A stretch of 64,000 bases of DNA from an uncultured bacterium (GTDB lineage: Bacteria > Chlamydiota > Chlamydiia > Chlamydiales > SM23-39). Shown here piece by piece: positions 1 to 9,454 of this stretch (position 1 is the stretch's first letter; every line of letters starts with the position of its first letter). The notes below the pieces were generated by a model, which was not told where the DNA came from, made no database searches, and worked only from the letters and a program-made list of their open reading frames with translations. The translations under genes were made by a program, and so were the position numbers. Where the stretch lies: positions 1,504,001 to 1,568,000 of the forward strand of contig OY970323.1 of the NCBI GenBank assembly GCA_963716985.1. Reading direction: 5' to 3'.

Positions 1-917
1 CAACAATGCAAATGCATTCGATGATTGCAGACCATGCAAACTCCTATTTAAAAACGCGCTGTTCGTTGTGGGGTAGAAAAAAGTGGGAAGTTTGGACCGA
101 TGTGTTTGGAAACTTCTCTCATCAATCAAAGCTGAGAGGAGAGATGGGATTTCATGATGAGACAGGGGGCTTTTTAATCGGGATCGATGCCTGTCCTGTA
201 AAAAATCTGTGTGTTGGCATCGCTACCGCCTATACCCTCACCCATCTGGCATGGAACGAAAATCCCTCCAAAGCAAATATCCAAAATGGCTATGGCATTC
301 TTTATGCCAGCTGGTATTCTAGCCATTTCTTTGTGACATCTTCACTCACTGCCGCCTATGACCACACCCAAGCAAATCGCAGTATTATCCTGTTCACAAG
401 CGATCTCAACCGCACGGCCAAAAGCTCTTTTTCCGGCATAGAAGCGAGCAGCTTTATAGAGATGGACGGCATCTTCCAACAAGGCAGTTTTCAATTCCTC
501 CCTTTTGCCTCTCTCCATTATTGCTACTTGCATCAAAACCATTTTAACGAAAAAGGAGCAATAGGCCTCAACTTGAAAGTGGACGAGGCAAATGCAGACC
601 TTCTTCGCAGCGAGGCGGGATTAAAAGTTTCTTATTGCCACAGGATCAAAGACCGCGAATGGATCCCAAAGCTTGGCATTTCAGTGGTTGAGGAAAACCG
701 TTTTAAAGGCAAATATTATCACGCGGAATTTTTAGAAAATCCCGGCGTCTTTTTTACCGTCAAGGGTCTGCGTCCCAACCATACACTTGTCTCTCCAAAG
801 GCAAGTGTCCAGCTAAAGAAGGGAGAGCACCTTTCCTGGGTTTTGGCATATGAAGGGGAATTTGGATGGAAATACCATAATAACAGAGCCCATTTTTTCA
901 TGAATTATTCCTTCTAG
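1..917 (+). CDS. Autotransporter (Pmp-like) C-terminal beta-barrel domain, 5'-truncated by the window edge
   Basis: Amphipathic beta-strand pattern, typical autotransporter segments (GGFLIGID, FLPFASLHY, LRSEAGLK), terminal Phe (YSF). Confidence 0.8.
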   Translation, partial: TMQMHSMIADHANSYLKTRCSLWGRKKWEVWTDVFGNFSHQSKLRGEMGFHDETGGFLIGIDACPVKNLCVGIATAYTLTHLAWNENPSKANIQNGYGILYASWYSSHFFVTSSLTAAYDHTQANRSIILFTSDLNRTAKSSFSGIEASSFIEMDGIFQQGSFQFLPFASLHYCYLHQNHFNEKGAIGLNLKVDEANADLLRSEAGLKVSYCHRIKDREWIPKLGISVVEENRFKGKYYHAEFLENPGVFFTVKGLRPNHTLVSPKASVQLKKGEHLSWVLAYEGEFGWKYHNNRAHFFMNYSF

Positions 918-1195
918 TGTTCCAGAAAGTATCAGAGATCTTTTCTTCCGCTCGCAACCGCGGCTCCTGAAAAATCTTTCTTTTCTGATCATTAGTGAAT
1001 CCGCCATTCTTGCCGCTTCAAGCGTGAGACAACTATTACGCCGGGTAAAAAATATTTTTTACATTATCGGAAACAAACCTCCTCATGTTTTATAAAATTA
1101 TAATTTTACAAGCGCTCTATTGCAAAATACTTGTTTCTCTTGATAAGATCACTTAATTTAATAAAGAATTTTAAGCAAACAGCAGGGTTTTTAAA

Positions 1196-1936
1196 ATGAC
1201 TACAGCAACTCGTCCCTTCGAAAGTTCTATAAGATGCCGATATGCGGAAATGGAGGCCATGTCCGACAAGAAGCCCCCATTGTTCAAATTACTCGGAAGA
1301 TCTCATGAATTTTTCGTCGAGCCGTCTCCCGAAAGACAAAAAAACTTCATGGTCGCAGAAGAAATCCGACAACATGTGAAGAGCTTAGAGATTTTTTCTG
1401 AAAATTTCCCGGCAAGATATTATGCCGAACATGAGTATTCTTTTCCGGACTTTCTAGACAGGTTTTCAAACCCGCATTGGTATCTTGCAGCCAATCAACG
1501 TGCAAAATGTTGGATTTTATTTAAGGGAAATTCAAGCGCAGCAATACCTGATTTTGAAGATCTGGCAAAGACTGTTGAGGCTGCCCGATGCGGAAATTGT
1601 TTTGAAATGAGCATTGTAAGCTATCTTTATGCATTGAAACAATATGGGGAAAGCTTTCATTTCTCCCTAACGGGTCTTGGAAATCATGTTTTCCTAATTG
1701 TCGGCTCTCCCAGAAAAGAGGCAGCTACAGCGATCCTGCGGGACGATGACTTCATTTGCGACACCTGGGCAGGATCTATCTTTCCTGCGTCTAATCCTGA
1801 GTATTTGATGGATTTTGTGGGTAATATAACCTCTCAATCCATCGACCTTTTCAAGCTGACCTTTGTAACGCATTGGACAAATCCCTTTGTTTTCCGCGGC
1901 TCGAAATATCAAGAGCTTCCCGCGCAGCGGACTTAA
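1196..1936 (+). CDS. Transglutaminase/papain-like Cys-His-Asp protein, putative secreted effector, paralog 1
   Basis: Motifs CGNCFEM, NHVFLIVG, ICDTWAG; highly similar to 2492..3247. Confidence 0.65.
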   Translation: MTTATRPFESSIRCRYAEMEAMSDKKPPLFKLLGRSHEFFVEPSPERQKNFMVAEEIRQHVKSLEIFSENFPARYYAEHEYSFPDFLDRFSNPHWYLAANQRAKCWILFKGNSSAAIPDFEDLAKTVEAARCGNCFEMSIVSYLYALKQYGESFHFSLTGLGNHVFLIVGSPRKEAATAILRDDDFICDTWAGSIFPASNPEYLMDFVGNITSQSIDLFKLTFVTHWTNPFVFRGSKYQELPAQRT

Positions 1937-2000
1937 AACATCTCTGCGAAAAGGTATAAAAACTCACAGAAAAAAGATGACACAGACAATGCAAATACCC

Positions 2001-2165
2001 GGTGTTATCGATCCGGGTAGCCGAACAACGGGAATAGCCATCGTGCGAGAAAATGGAGAGAAGCAAATAGTCCTTTCTTTGATGAAATTGATCCATCGCG
2101 CATCCGGCTACTTTAACATTCAAATGGCTTTTGAGGTTGTACAGGGCGTTCACTTCAAAGATCAT
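2001..2165 (+). pseudogene. iscB: Internally deleted IscB (RRXRR, IS200/IS605 superfamily) remnant
   Basis: IDPGSRTTGIAIVRE (RuvC-I-like) ...LIHR joined directly to RASGYFNIQ..EVVQGVH, which resembles the IscB C-terminus (recognised from memory of the family). Confidence 0.65.
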
Positions 2166-2491
2166 TTCCCTTTCTTTTAATACCACCGCAAGGCCAAAAC
2201 ATTTCCAACCAAACAGAGGAGATGAGTTCCCGGGAGATTGCCAAGGATTACGTTCTCTAACAAAAAAAATTAAAAGTCCTTGATTAACAGTGACTTGGCC
2301 TTTTCCTTGGGAAACTTGCGCTTCATTTATTACCTTCTGGTAATTAAAATATTTAATTACAAAAGGTGGGTATTTTAAAAAACGTCAACAATCTAAATAT
2401 TTTAATTGAATTAATACATTATTTATTATATAATAATATAAAATAAAGTTTCCGGTTAATTAAAATCAAAAATAACCAATAGGAGAAAAAA

Positions 2492-3247
2492 ATGACTACA
2501 GCAATTCGCCCTTTCGAGAGCTCTATAAGTTGCCGATATGCGGAAATGGTGGATGAAAAGGATTTTGCGTCCAAAAGCAAGAATCCGGTGTTCAGCTTAC
2601 TCGGGAGCTCTTGTGAATTTTCCGTCGAGGCGTCTCCTGAAAGACAAAAAAACTTCATGGTCGCAGAAAACATTCGACAACATGTGAAGAGCTTAGGGAT
2701 TTTTTCTCCAAATTTCCCGGCAAGATATTATGTCGATCATGGTTGTTGTTATTCTCTTGAGGATTTTTATGAAAGATGTTTGAATCCGTTTTGGGATCGT
2801 ACAGCTGACCTAATTGTAAAATGTTTGGGTTTATTTAAGGGAAATTCAGGAGCAGCAATACCTGATTTTGAAGATCTGGCAAAGGCTGTTGAGGCTGCCC
2901 GATGCGGAGATTGTTTTGGAATGAGCATTGCAAGCTATATTTATGCATTGAAACAATATGGGGAAAGCTTTCATTTTTCCATAACAGGCCTTAGAAATCA
3001 TTTTTTCCTAATTGTCGGCGCGCCCAGAAAAGAGGCGGACACAGCGGCCCTGCAAGACGATGACTTCATTTGCGACACCTGGGCAGGATCTATTTTTCCT
3101 GCGTCTCATCCTGAGCATTTGATGGATTTTATGGGTACACAATTCTGTCAATCCTTCTCCTATATGCGGACCTTTGTAACGCCTTGGACAAACTCCTTTG
3201 TTTTCCACGGCTCGAAACATCAAGATCTTCCCGCGCAGCGGACTTAA
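2492..3247 (+). CDS. Transglutaminase/papain-like Cys-His-Asp protein, paralog 2
   Basis: CGDCFGM, NHFFLIVG, ICDTWAG; GGAG RBS upstream. Confidence 0.65.
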   Translation: MTTAIRPFESSISCRYAEMVDEKDFASKSKNPVFSLLGSSCEFSVEASPERQKNFMVAENIRQHVKSLGIFSPNFPARYYVDHGCCYSLEDFYERCLNPFWDRTADLIVKCLGLFKGNSGAAIPDFEDLAKAVEAARCGDCFGMSIASYIYALKQYGESFHFSITGLRNHFFLIVGAPRKEADTAALQDDDFICDTWAGSIFPASHPEHLMDFMGTQFCQSFSYMRTFVTPWTNSFVFHGSKHQDLPAQRT

Positions 3248-3271
3248 AACATCTCTGCGAAAAGGGAGGCC

Positions 3272-3991
3272 TTGATTTGCCCCGGCAGGAACGATCACCT
3301 GTTCCATTTATTAGGAACTTCTGTCTCTTGCGGTTTCGAGTATGCGCAGGAAAGACATGCAATCTTAAGCGTTGCCAAAAGCATTCAAGAGTATATCAAC
3401 AGCTTGCACATTCTTTCCGGGAATTTTCCTGCAAGGTTTTATTCCCATCGGTCCTTCTCCGCAAAGGATTTCAACGCCAGACTTTCAGCTCCGGGTGCCA
3501 TTATTGCCTGCATAGAGTTTAAAAAATGTTATGTTTTCATTCGATCGAAGGAAACGTCAGATCCTGCAGATTTTATCAATCTGGCCGATGCCGTTGAAAG
3601 ATACCGATTTGGGAACTGCTTTGCCATGAGCGCACTGAGCTATATTTATGCGCTGAAACAATATGGGGAAAGCTTTTATTTCACTATTAAATACTTGAAT
3701 AATCATGCCTTTTTAATTGTCGGCGCGCCGAGAAAAGAGGATCGGGCACCTCTTCTCAAGGATGATGTTATCTGCGATACTTGGGCAGGATCGGTTTTTC
3801 CTGCTGCATTTGCACGGCAAAAGTTGACGGATTTTTCCGGCCTTGAACCATCGCAGCCCAAACTATGCCAACGCCTACCGCATACGATTGTAAAAGAATG
3901 GGTGGATTCATTCGTTTATTCTGATGCCAAACAGATCCCCCAGCAACTTCCCCCTCAATCCGATGCAATCGTAGAAGAGTTTTCTTTTTAG
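3272..3991 (+). CDS. Transglutaminase/papain-like Cys-His-Asp protein, paralog 3 (start uncertain; same frame as paralog 2)
   Basis: FGNCFAM, NHAFLIVG, ICDTWAG; shares YIYALKQYGESF with paralog 2 (YLYALKQYGESF in paralog 1). Confidence 0.6.
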   Translation: MICPGRNDHLFHLLGTSVSCGFEYAQERHAILSVAKSIQEYINSLHILSGNFPARFYSHRSFSAKDFNARLSAPGAIIACIEFKKCYVFIRSKETSDPADFINLADAVERYRFGNCFAMSALSYIYALKQYGESFYFTIKYLNNHAFLIVGAPRKEDRAPLLKDDVICDTWAGSVFPAAFARQKLTDFSGLEPSQPKLCQRLPHTIVKEWVDSFVYSDAKQIPQQLPPQSDAIVEEFSF

Positions 3992-4437
3992 TGACGATCC
4001 TTAAGAACCTTCCCTTCGAAAAATTAGACTGTAGCAGCGGCAGTACTGAACGGTTTCCAAAGACGCGTAGCATCGGTTCCTCGGAGAGTAGCCATCCCTC
4101 CCGCCAATTTCCGCCCATCCTTCCATAGATGGTTTAGGAGATCTACACCTTTCGGTTCTTGGTCGGATTGGAGGTGTTTTGGACATGAGATTTAATGTTG
4201 CATAGAGCCCATAAGAAGTCATTTCAACTTCTTTTTTCAAAGACGAGACCGGAAAAGCCCAAGGATTCAGCCATGGATTATCCCTAATGATCGAGTGCAT
4301 GGAGAGCTGATTGTTGATTCATGTCGAAAAGATTATCATCCACTTGCAGCATTATGTCAATGAAATTGATTTTTTGCTTATATCGCATCTTAAAATAATT
4401 AAGTTTGTTTTTTATATAAAAAAAATCTCAAAAAGCA

Positions 4438-6192
4438 GCAAGTGCTCATAAAACTGAGGTAAAAAACTTTAAGTTTCTTTGAGCCGCGAGGGAGCTCGCG
4501 ACACGATTACTTGCGACAACCTGGGAATTTTACACAACCCGTTGATTCTGTCTTCAAGATATCCGAAAAAAGTGATTCCAAGCTTACAGCAAGTCTTTTT
4601 TAGGCTTACAAAAGTATCTCGACATTTTTGACCTTCTTCACTACGAGTCCCTCCGGATACTTTCCGCTTAACCACCATCTCTCGAGCATCGGTTTCGGTT
4701 CCATTATTGTGAAGGGGGGTGTCTGGTTTCTCTAATACCCTGAGCAATTCGTCCTTTTTTTCATAAGTTTTTGCCAGCTGTTTGTTTAGGGTGGGACTGA
4801 TGGTTTTCTTTTTTGAGAATAAATTGTCAAAATTCTGCTCGAGAATCAATTTTAGGCTTTCAGAGGGCGCGAGTTTGTATTCCTGCAGCCCCTTGTATAA
4901 ATCCCAAATTTCTCCCCGGACTTGCTCGATTGCTTTGCGTGTTGCTTCGTCAAAGGGAATGAGTTTTCGATAATGCCTCTCCTCATGGATCCAACATAAA
5001 GATCGAACGAAGACATTGAATTGCCCTGCATCATCTCCATGCACTCCAAGATCTCTTGGTATGCCATTTTCTATCAGGCTCGCGAATAGGGCGGCCTCGG
5101 TTACAAGTTTTATGTCGCTTTCTGACTTGATGTTTATTGCGAGTAAAAATTTCTCCCATTCTATTTGATTCATGGATCGATATCGGGCCTGCAAAAGGAG
5201 GTATCCTCCTAACCAACTCGAGGGTTTTAGGGTCTCAATGTAGTCTGCAGTGTCTTCATTGATAAGATATCGAGGAGCCGTCCCATGCAATATCTTGAGA
5301 AAATTTATGCGACTTTTGCTTTCTGTCGACACAATGTAGGTAAAATATTCGTTCCCTATGATCGTCGAGTAGCCATTATGCCCTCGGTGGCGAGCGCCGG
5401 TGTCGTCTACTTTTACTTGTCCTGTAGCTGCTATCCCCGCGGACAATAGCTCGTTCTTTTCCTGATGGAAGGCTTCCTTTCCTTGGATCAAAATATTGCT
5501 CAACTGTCCTTCGGAGATCAATACGCCAATTTCTTTCAACTGTGCAAACAGCAGAGGTTCTGTAATACGACAGCCATAATATTGGTGCAAAACGTAGCTG
5601 ATCAATTGAGGGCCATAATGTCCCTGGATATTTTGCGGCAATTTACCTGTTAAGTAAGTGCCATCAGGCAATTGCCATCGCTCGAGTTCGTATATGGTAT
5701 TGTAAGGCTGAAGAATGATGTCCTGTACGGTAAATTTCTGACATCCTTTGAAGGTAGCTCCTTCGGGAACTGATTCGGGCTTAATGCGACTTCTGGTATG
5801 TATCTCAAGTTTTTTGGTTTTTTTACGTCGAGGATGCATCCCCCTGGAGAGTTTATTTTTGTCGTTTTGCTTATCTTTGCTTTGTTGCCCCTCTAAAGTG
5901 CTGGGAGGAATCTTTGGACGGGGCTTTTGTCCCTTGAGAATTGCAATCTCATCTTTTAGTCGTTGGATTTCTTCGTGCTGAAATGAAATGGTGTTCAAAG
6001 CAATGTCGAGGCGATCTCTTAGGCGTCGATCTTCTTCAGCGAGCTGGGTATTTTGCTCTAAAATTCGTTGAATGAGGTCATTGTTATTCTGCATAAGCAA
6101 GTAAATTTACGATGACGAACGATTAAAGAAAAGATTTATATTTTTTTAGGATCTAAGAATGAGGTATTTACCTCAACTTTTTGAGCACTTGC
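4438..6192 (-). mobile_element. IS66-family element (single-ORF, ISBst12-like), complete
   Basis: TIRs GCAAGTGCTCA..(4438) / ..TGAGCACTTGC(6192); 8-bp target duplication AAAAAGCA at 4430-4437 and 6193-6200. Confidence 0.9.
4469..6100 (-). CDS. IS66-family transposase
   Basis: N-terminal coiled coil, VDDTGARH, LCWIHEERH, PLHNNGTETDAR, RKVSGGTRS motifs. Confidence 0.9.
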   Translation of the reverse strand: MLMQNNNDLIQRILEQNTQLAEEDRRLRDRLDIALNTISFQHEEIQRLKDEIAILKGQKPRPKIPPSTLEGQQSKDKQNDKNKLSRGMHPRRKKTKKLEIHTRSRIKPESVPEGATFKGCQKFTVQDIILQPYNTIYELERWQLPDGTYLTGKLPQNIQGHYGPQLISYVLHQYYGCRITEPLLFAQLKEIGVLISEGQLSNILIQGKEAFHQEKNELLSAGIAATGQVKVDDTGARHRGHNGYSTIIGNEYFTYIVSTESKSRINFLKILHGTAPRYLINEDTADYIETLKPSSWLGGYLLLQARYRSMNQIEWEKFLLAINIKSESDIKLVTEAALFASLIENGIPRDLGVHGDDAGQFNVFVRSLCWIHEERHYRKLIPFDEATRKAIEQVRGEIWDLYKGLQEYKLAPSESLKLILEQNFDNLFSKKKTISPTLNKQLAKTYEKKDELLRVLEKPDTPLHNNGTETDAREMVVKRKVSGGTRSEEGQKCRDTFVSLKKTCCKLGITFFGYLEDRINGLCKIPRLSQVIVSRAPSRLKET

Positions 6193-6552
6193 AAAAAGCA
6201 GACAAACATTAAACATTCTTGTCTAGCAAATCTTCTTGTACATTAGCCGAGGCATCTTATGAAAAACAGAAACTAAATAATCAGCTCTGAGAATGTCTAT
6301 GGAGGAAAATTTTTGATCCCAATCATACTCAAAAAAGAATTCCTCCACCGAATTTTCTGACCCGAAAAAAGATCTAGCGAGAATGAAAAAAACAGCAAAA
6401 TCGCAATTTAATGAAATTTTTAATATACTAACCACATTAATAAAAACATATTTATTTGTTAATATAAATGTATTTCATTGATTTTTAACATCTATTGTTA
6501 TAAGCTTTATACAGACAAACAAGATATCAAAAAAACACTACAAGAAAACAAC

Positions 6553-7479
6553 ATGATTCATTTATTCGGCCGCTCGCGCCAACCCGCTTCTTTCTTTCCT
6601 GCTTGGGTTTCACCTTTTAAGGCGTGCTCGATCGTCAACAGATCCGCTCGAACCATTTTTTCAGGAATTGGCCACCTCTTCCAACTCTCCTCCAAGGGAG
6701 TCTTTAAAATCCTGAAAGACTGCGTTCATCGCCCCAGTGGTTTTTTTTATACCCTCGTAAAAATCGCCGCCGGTTCCTGGCTTTGCCACTTATGCGTTAC
6801 CAGTCCACAATTCCACGAACTGAATCTTGGGGCCCAAACGGGAATGTTTATCGCCGGATGGATCTCCTATCTTGTCATCGACGCCGTTCTCCATTGGTCA
6901 AAAGATACTTTGGGCATTAAAAACCTTCTGCAAAGCGAAAAAAAACCTCTGACAAGGGCCTTTCTTTCCCTTGCGGCGAACGGCTCTATCATGTACGCCC
7001 TACAGATGCCGGGGGGAAATTATGCTTCGATGCTCTTTCAAGGGATCTATACCTATCTACAGACGGCCAACCTTTCCGAAACCTTCATGCAAATGATCGA
7101 CAAAGCAAGATCGACCAACGACATGTTAACGCCCATTACCACACTGCTGCACCACCCATTAACGTTTTTCTGCACGCTTGGCAATTTTATGAAAGATACG
7201 ATCATCAATCCTAAGAGAGCGGCTCTCAATTTCCATCAAGGATTAAGCGCGCTTTTTGAAAAATTCATCAATGCCTACAAAGATAGAAATTGGCGGGAAC
7301 TCTTGGCAAGGGCCATGGCCATTCTCCTGCCCACCATTCTGGCGGCTTCCATCATCCTTTCGATGGCGCTCACCGCAGGCATCTCGACCGCAATGATTAT
7401 TGTAGCCGCTACTTTGGGCCTTTTATGCGCCTATATTTTAACGCAAGCGTGTAACGAACATTGGCCGCGGGATGATTAA
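6553..7479 (+). CDS. Hypothetical membrane protein with a long C-terminal hydrophobic hairpin (possibly Inc-like)
   Basis: Long ORF; ~45-aa hydrophobic stretch near the C-terminus; start chosen at ATG 6553. Confidence 0.5.
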   Translation: MIHLFGRSRQPASFFPAWVSPFKACSIVNRSARTIFSGIGHLFQLSSKGVFKILKDCVHRPSGFFYTLVKIAAGSWLCHLCVTSPQFHELNLGAQTGMFIAGWISYLVIDAVLHWSKDTLGIKNLLQSEKKPLTRAFLSLAANGSIMYALQMPGGNYASMLFQGIYTYLQTANLSETFMQMIDKARSTNDMLTPITTLLHHPLTFFCTLGNFMKDTIINPKRAALNFHQGLSALFEKFINAYKDRNWRELLARAMAILLPTILAASIILSMALTAGISTAMIIVAATLGLLCAYILTQACNEHWPRDD

Positions 7480-9263
7480 GTTTTCTCTCCCACGCATTCT
7501 TTGTAGCTAGCATCTGCTTTATAAACGAGTCCCTTTTCCGGATCCAGAATCACAAACTCTTTCTCTTTGAGAAGGCTCATCGCATGGTCCGCGCGTACGA
7601 TCAGGGAAATATGCAAACTTTTCGCCGCTGCAAGGGCATATTTTTCCGAAGAGGTATCTCCCATATGGTTCTGTAAGATCACGCCGCTTGCGCTGCACAT
7701 TAAGGGAACATAACTTTCATCGCATCGGGGAATGACGAGTATTTTCCCACTGACGTTTTTCACGCTTTTCTTTTCTGCAAATCCACACATGGCCACTCTT
7801 CCCTTCACAGGAGTGCCCACTCCCAAGTAGCCGCGCACGAGAACATGCCCAATGCTCTCCACCATCATCAAATTCGTCGATCCTTTTTTATTAAAAGGAA
7901 CGCCTGCGGTCATCACCACGAGATCGCCAAAAGAGACCAATCCTTTTTGCAAAGCAAACTGGCTCATCAAAGCAAACGCCTCATCGGCATTCTTGCATTT
8001 TTTAGAGAGAAGAGAGCTCACTCCCCATAAATAGGAAAGCTGATGGTAGATCTTTGCGCTCGTCGTGAGCGCGATGATGGGAACTTGCGGGCGGAAACGA
8101 GAAACAAGCCGGGCAGTAAAGCCGCTATGGGTAAAAACAAAGATCGCTTTTGCCCGCGAGCTATAGGCCGTTTTTACCGCAGCGATCGCAACGGAGGAAG
8201 AGACGTCATAATAATCTCCTTTCGCTTCCCTTTCAAAAAAGGAGAGGTAGTCGAAATCCCCTTCCGTTTCCTGAATGATTTTTCGCATCTGAAGAACGGA
8301 CTCAACAGGATATTTGCCCACCGAAGTTTCCGCAGAAAGCATGACCGAAGAGGCGCTATCGTAGATCGCATTGGCAACATCGGAAGCTTCGGCGCGGGTG
8401 GGCCTTGGATTTTGAATCATCGATTCGAGCATCTGGGTAGCGATCACTACGGGCTTGCAGCCCATCGTACTCTTTCGAATCATCATCTTTTGAAGTTTCG
8501 GAACAAGGCTCAAATCAATCTCCACGCCAAGATCCCCTCGGGCCACCATGATCCCATCCGCCACCTCGACAATGGAATCAAAATTTTTGATTCCTTCTTT
8601 ATTTTCGATTTTGGCAATCACGGGAATTTCGTAAGAACACTCCTTTTCGAGAAAATTTTTAATCATCAGAACATGTTCTGCCGAACGCACGAAAGACGCG
8701 GCCACTAAGTCAATGCCGTGTTTACATCCAAATTTAAGATCTTCCATGTCTTTTTCCGACAGGGCCGGCAGATTCAAAATAGCATCGGGAATATTGACCT
8801 TTTTTCCGCTTTTGAGCGCTCCCGGATTTTTGATTTCGACAACAACGCCCCTCTTTGTTTTTTCAACGACGTGCGATTGAATATATCCATCGTCAAACAG
8901 AATGTTCATCCCTTCTTCCACACAGGATAAAACGGAAAAGGGGTCGATCATCGCCTCATCTGCTTTTCCCGAAAACTTCTCCACAAGAATCAAGCGATCC
9001 TTTGGCTTTAGTCGAATCAAATCCTTCTTCACCTTACGGATGCGAATTTCAGGACCCTTTGTATCCAAAAGAATGGCCACGGGCTTTTTGTTCTTTTCAC
9101 GTGCCTTCTTGAGCCTGTTGATGATCTGCAGATGCCAATCATAACTCCCATGGCTAAAGTTCAATCGAGCCACATTCATTCCCGCGTCAATCAACGCGAT
9201 CATCTTCTCCTTGCTGCTGGTCTGAGGGCCCATCGTGCAAATGATCTTTGTGCGTAAAAACAT
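7476..9263 (-). CDS. pyk: Pyruvate kinase with C-terminal PEP-utilising swivel-like extension
   Basis: RTKIICTMGP, ARLNFSHG, DTKGPEIR, MVARGDLGVE, ATQMLESM, PTRAEASDVANA. Confidence 0.97.
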   Translation of the reverse strand: MFLRTKIICTMGPQTSSKEKMIALIDAGMNVARLNFSHGSYDWHLQIINRLKKAREKNKKPVAILLDTKGPEIRIRKVKKDLIRLKPKDRLILVEKFSGKADEAMIDPFSVLSCVEEGMNILFDDGYIQSHVVEKTKRGVVVEIKNPGALKSGKKVNIPDAILNLPALSEKDMEDLKFGCKHGIDLVAASFVRSAEHVLMIKNFLEKECSYEIPVIAKIENKEGIKNFDSIVEVADGIMVARGDLGVEIDLSLVPKLQKMMIRKSTMGCKPVVIATQMLESMIQNPRPTRAEASDVANAIYDSASSVMLSAETSVGKYPVESVLQMRKIIQETEGDFDYLSFFEREAKGDYYDVSSSVAIAAVKTAYSSRAKAIFVFTHSGFTARLVSRFRPQVPIIALTTSAKIYHQLSYLWGVSSLLSKKCKNADEAFALMSQFALQKGLVSFGDLVVMTAGVPFNKKGSTNLMMVESIGHVLVRGYLGVGTPVKGRVAMCGFAEKKSVKNVSGKILVIPRCDESYVPLMCSASGVILQNHMGDTSSEKYALAAAKSLHISLIVRADHAMSLLKEKEFVILDPEKGLVYKADASYKECVGEKT

Positions 9264-9454
9264 CCGGTCTTTCTCCTCTTTTTGGCCTTGGATAAGAACA
9301 TCCTCTTTAAGGAATATTTTATTGTATATCACCTCAGGAGATTTTTTTTTAAAAATTCTCTCTCATTTTCTTTTTTACGTCAGATCGGGGAAGAAAATTG
9401 ATGAGAAATCGCCCGTAGGAATATGATAGTTGTGAAATCAAACATTTTCTTTTT

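Noticed and set aside
1005..1030. IS605-like hairpin TCTTGCCGCTTCAAGCGTGAGA as an end of the IscB element
   Set aside because: Too short and imperfect, and ~1 kb from the IscB remnant with a gene in between.
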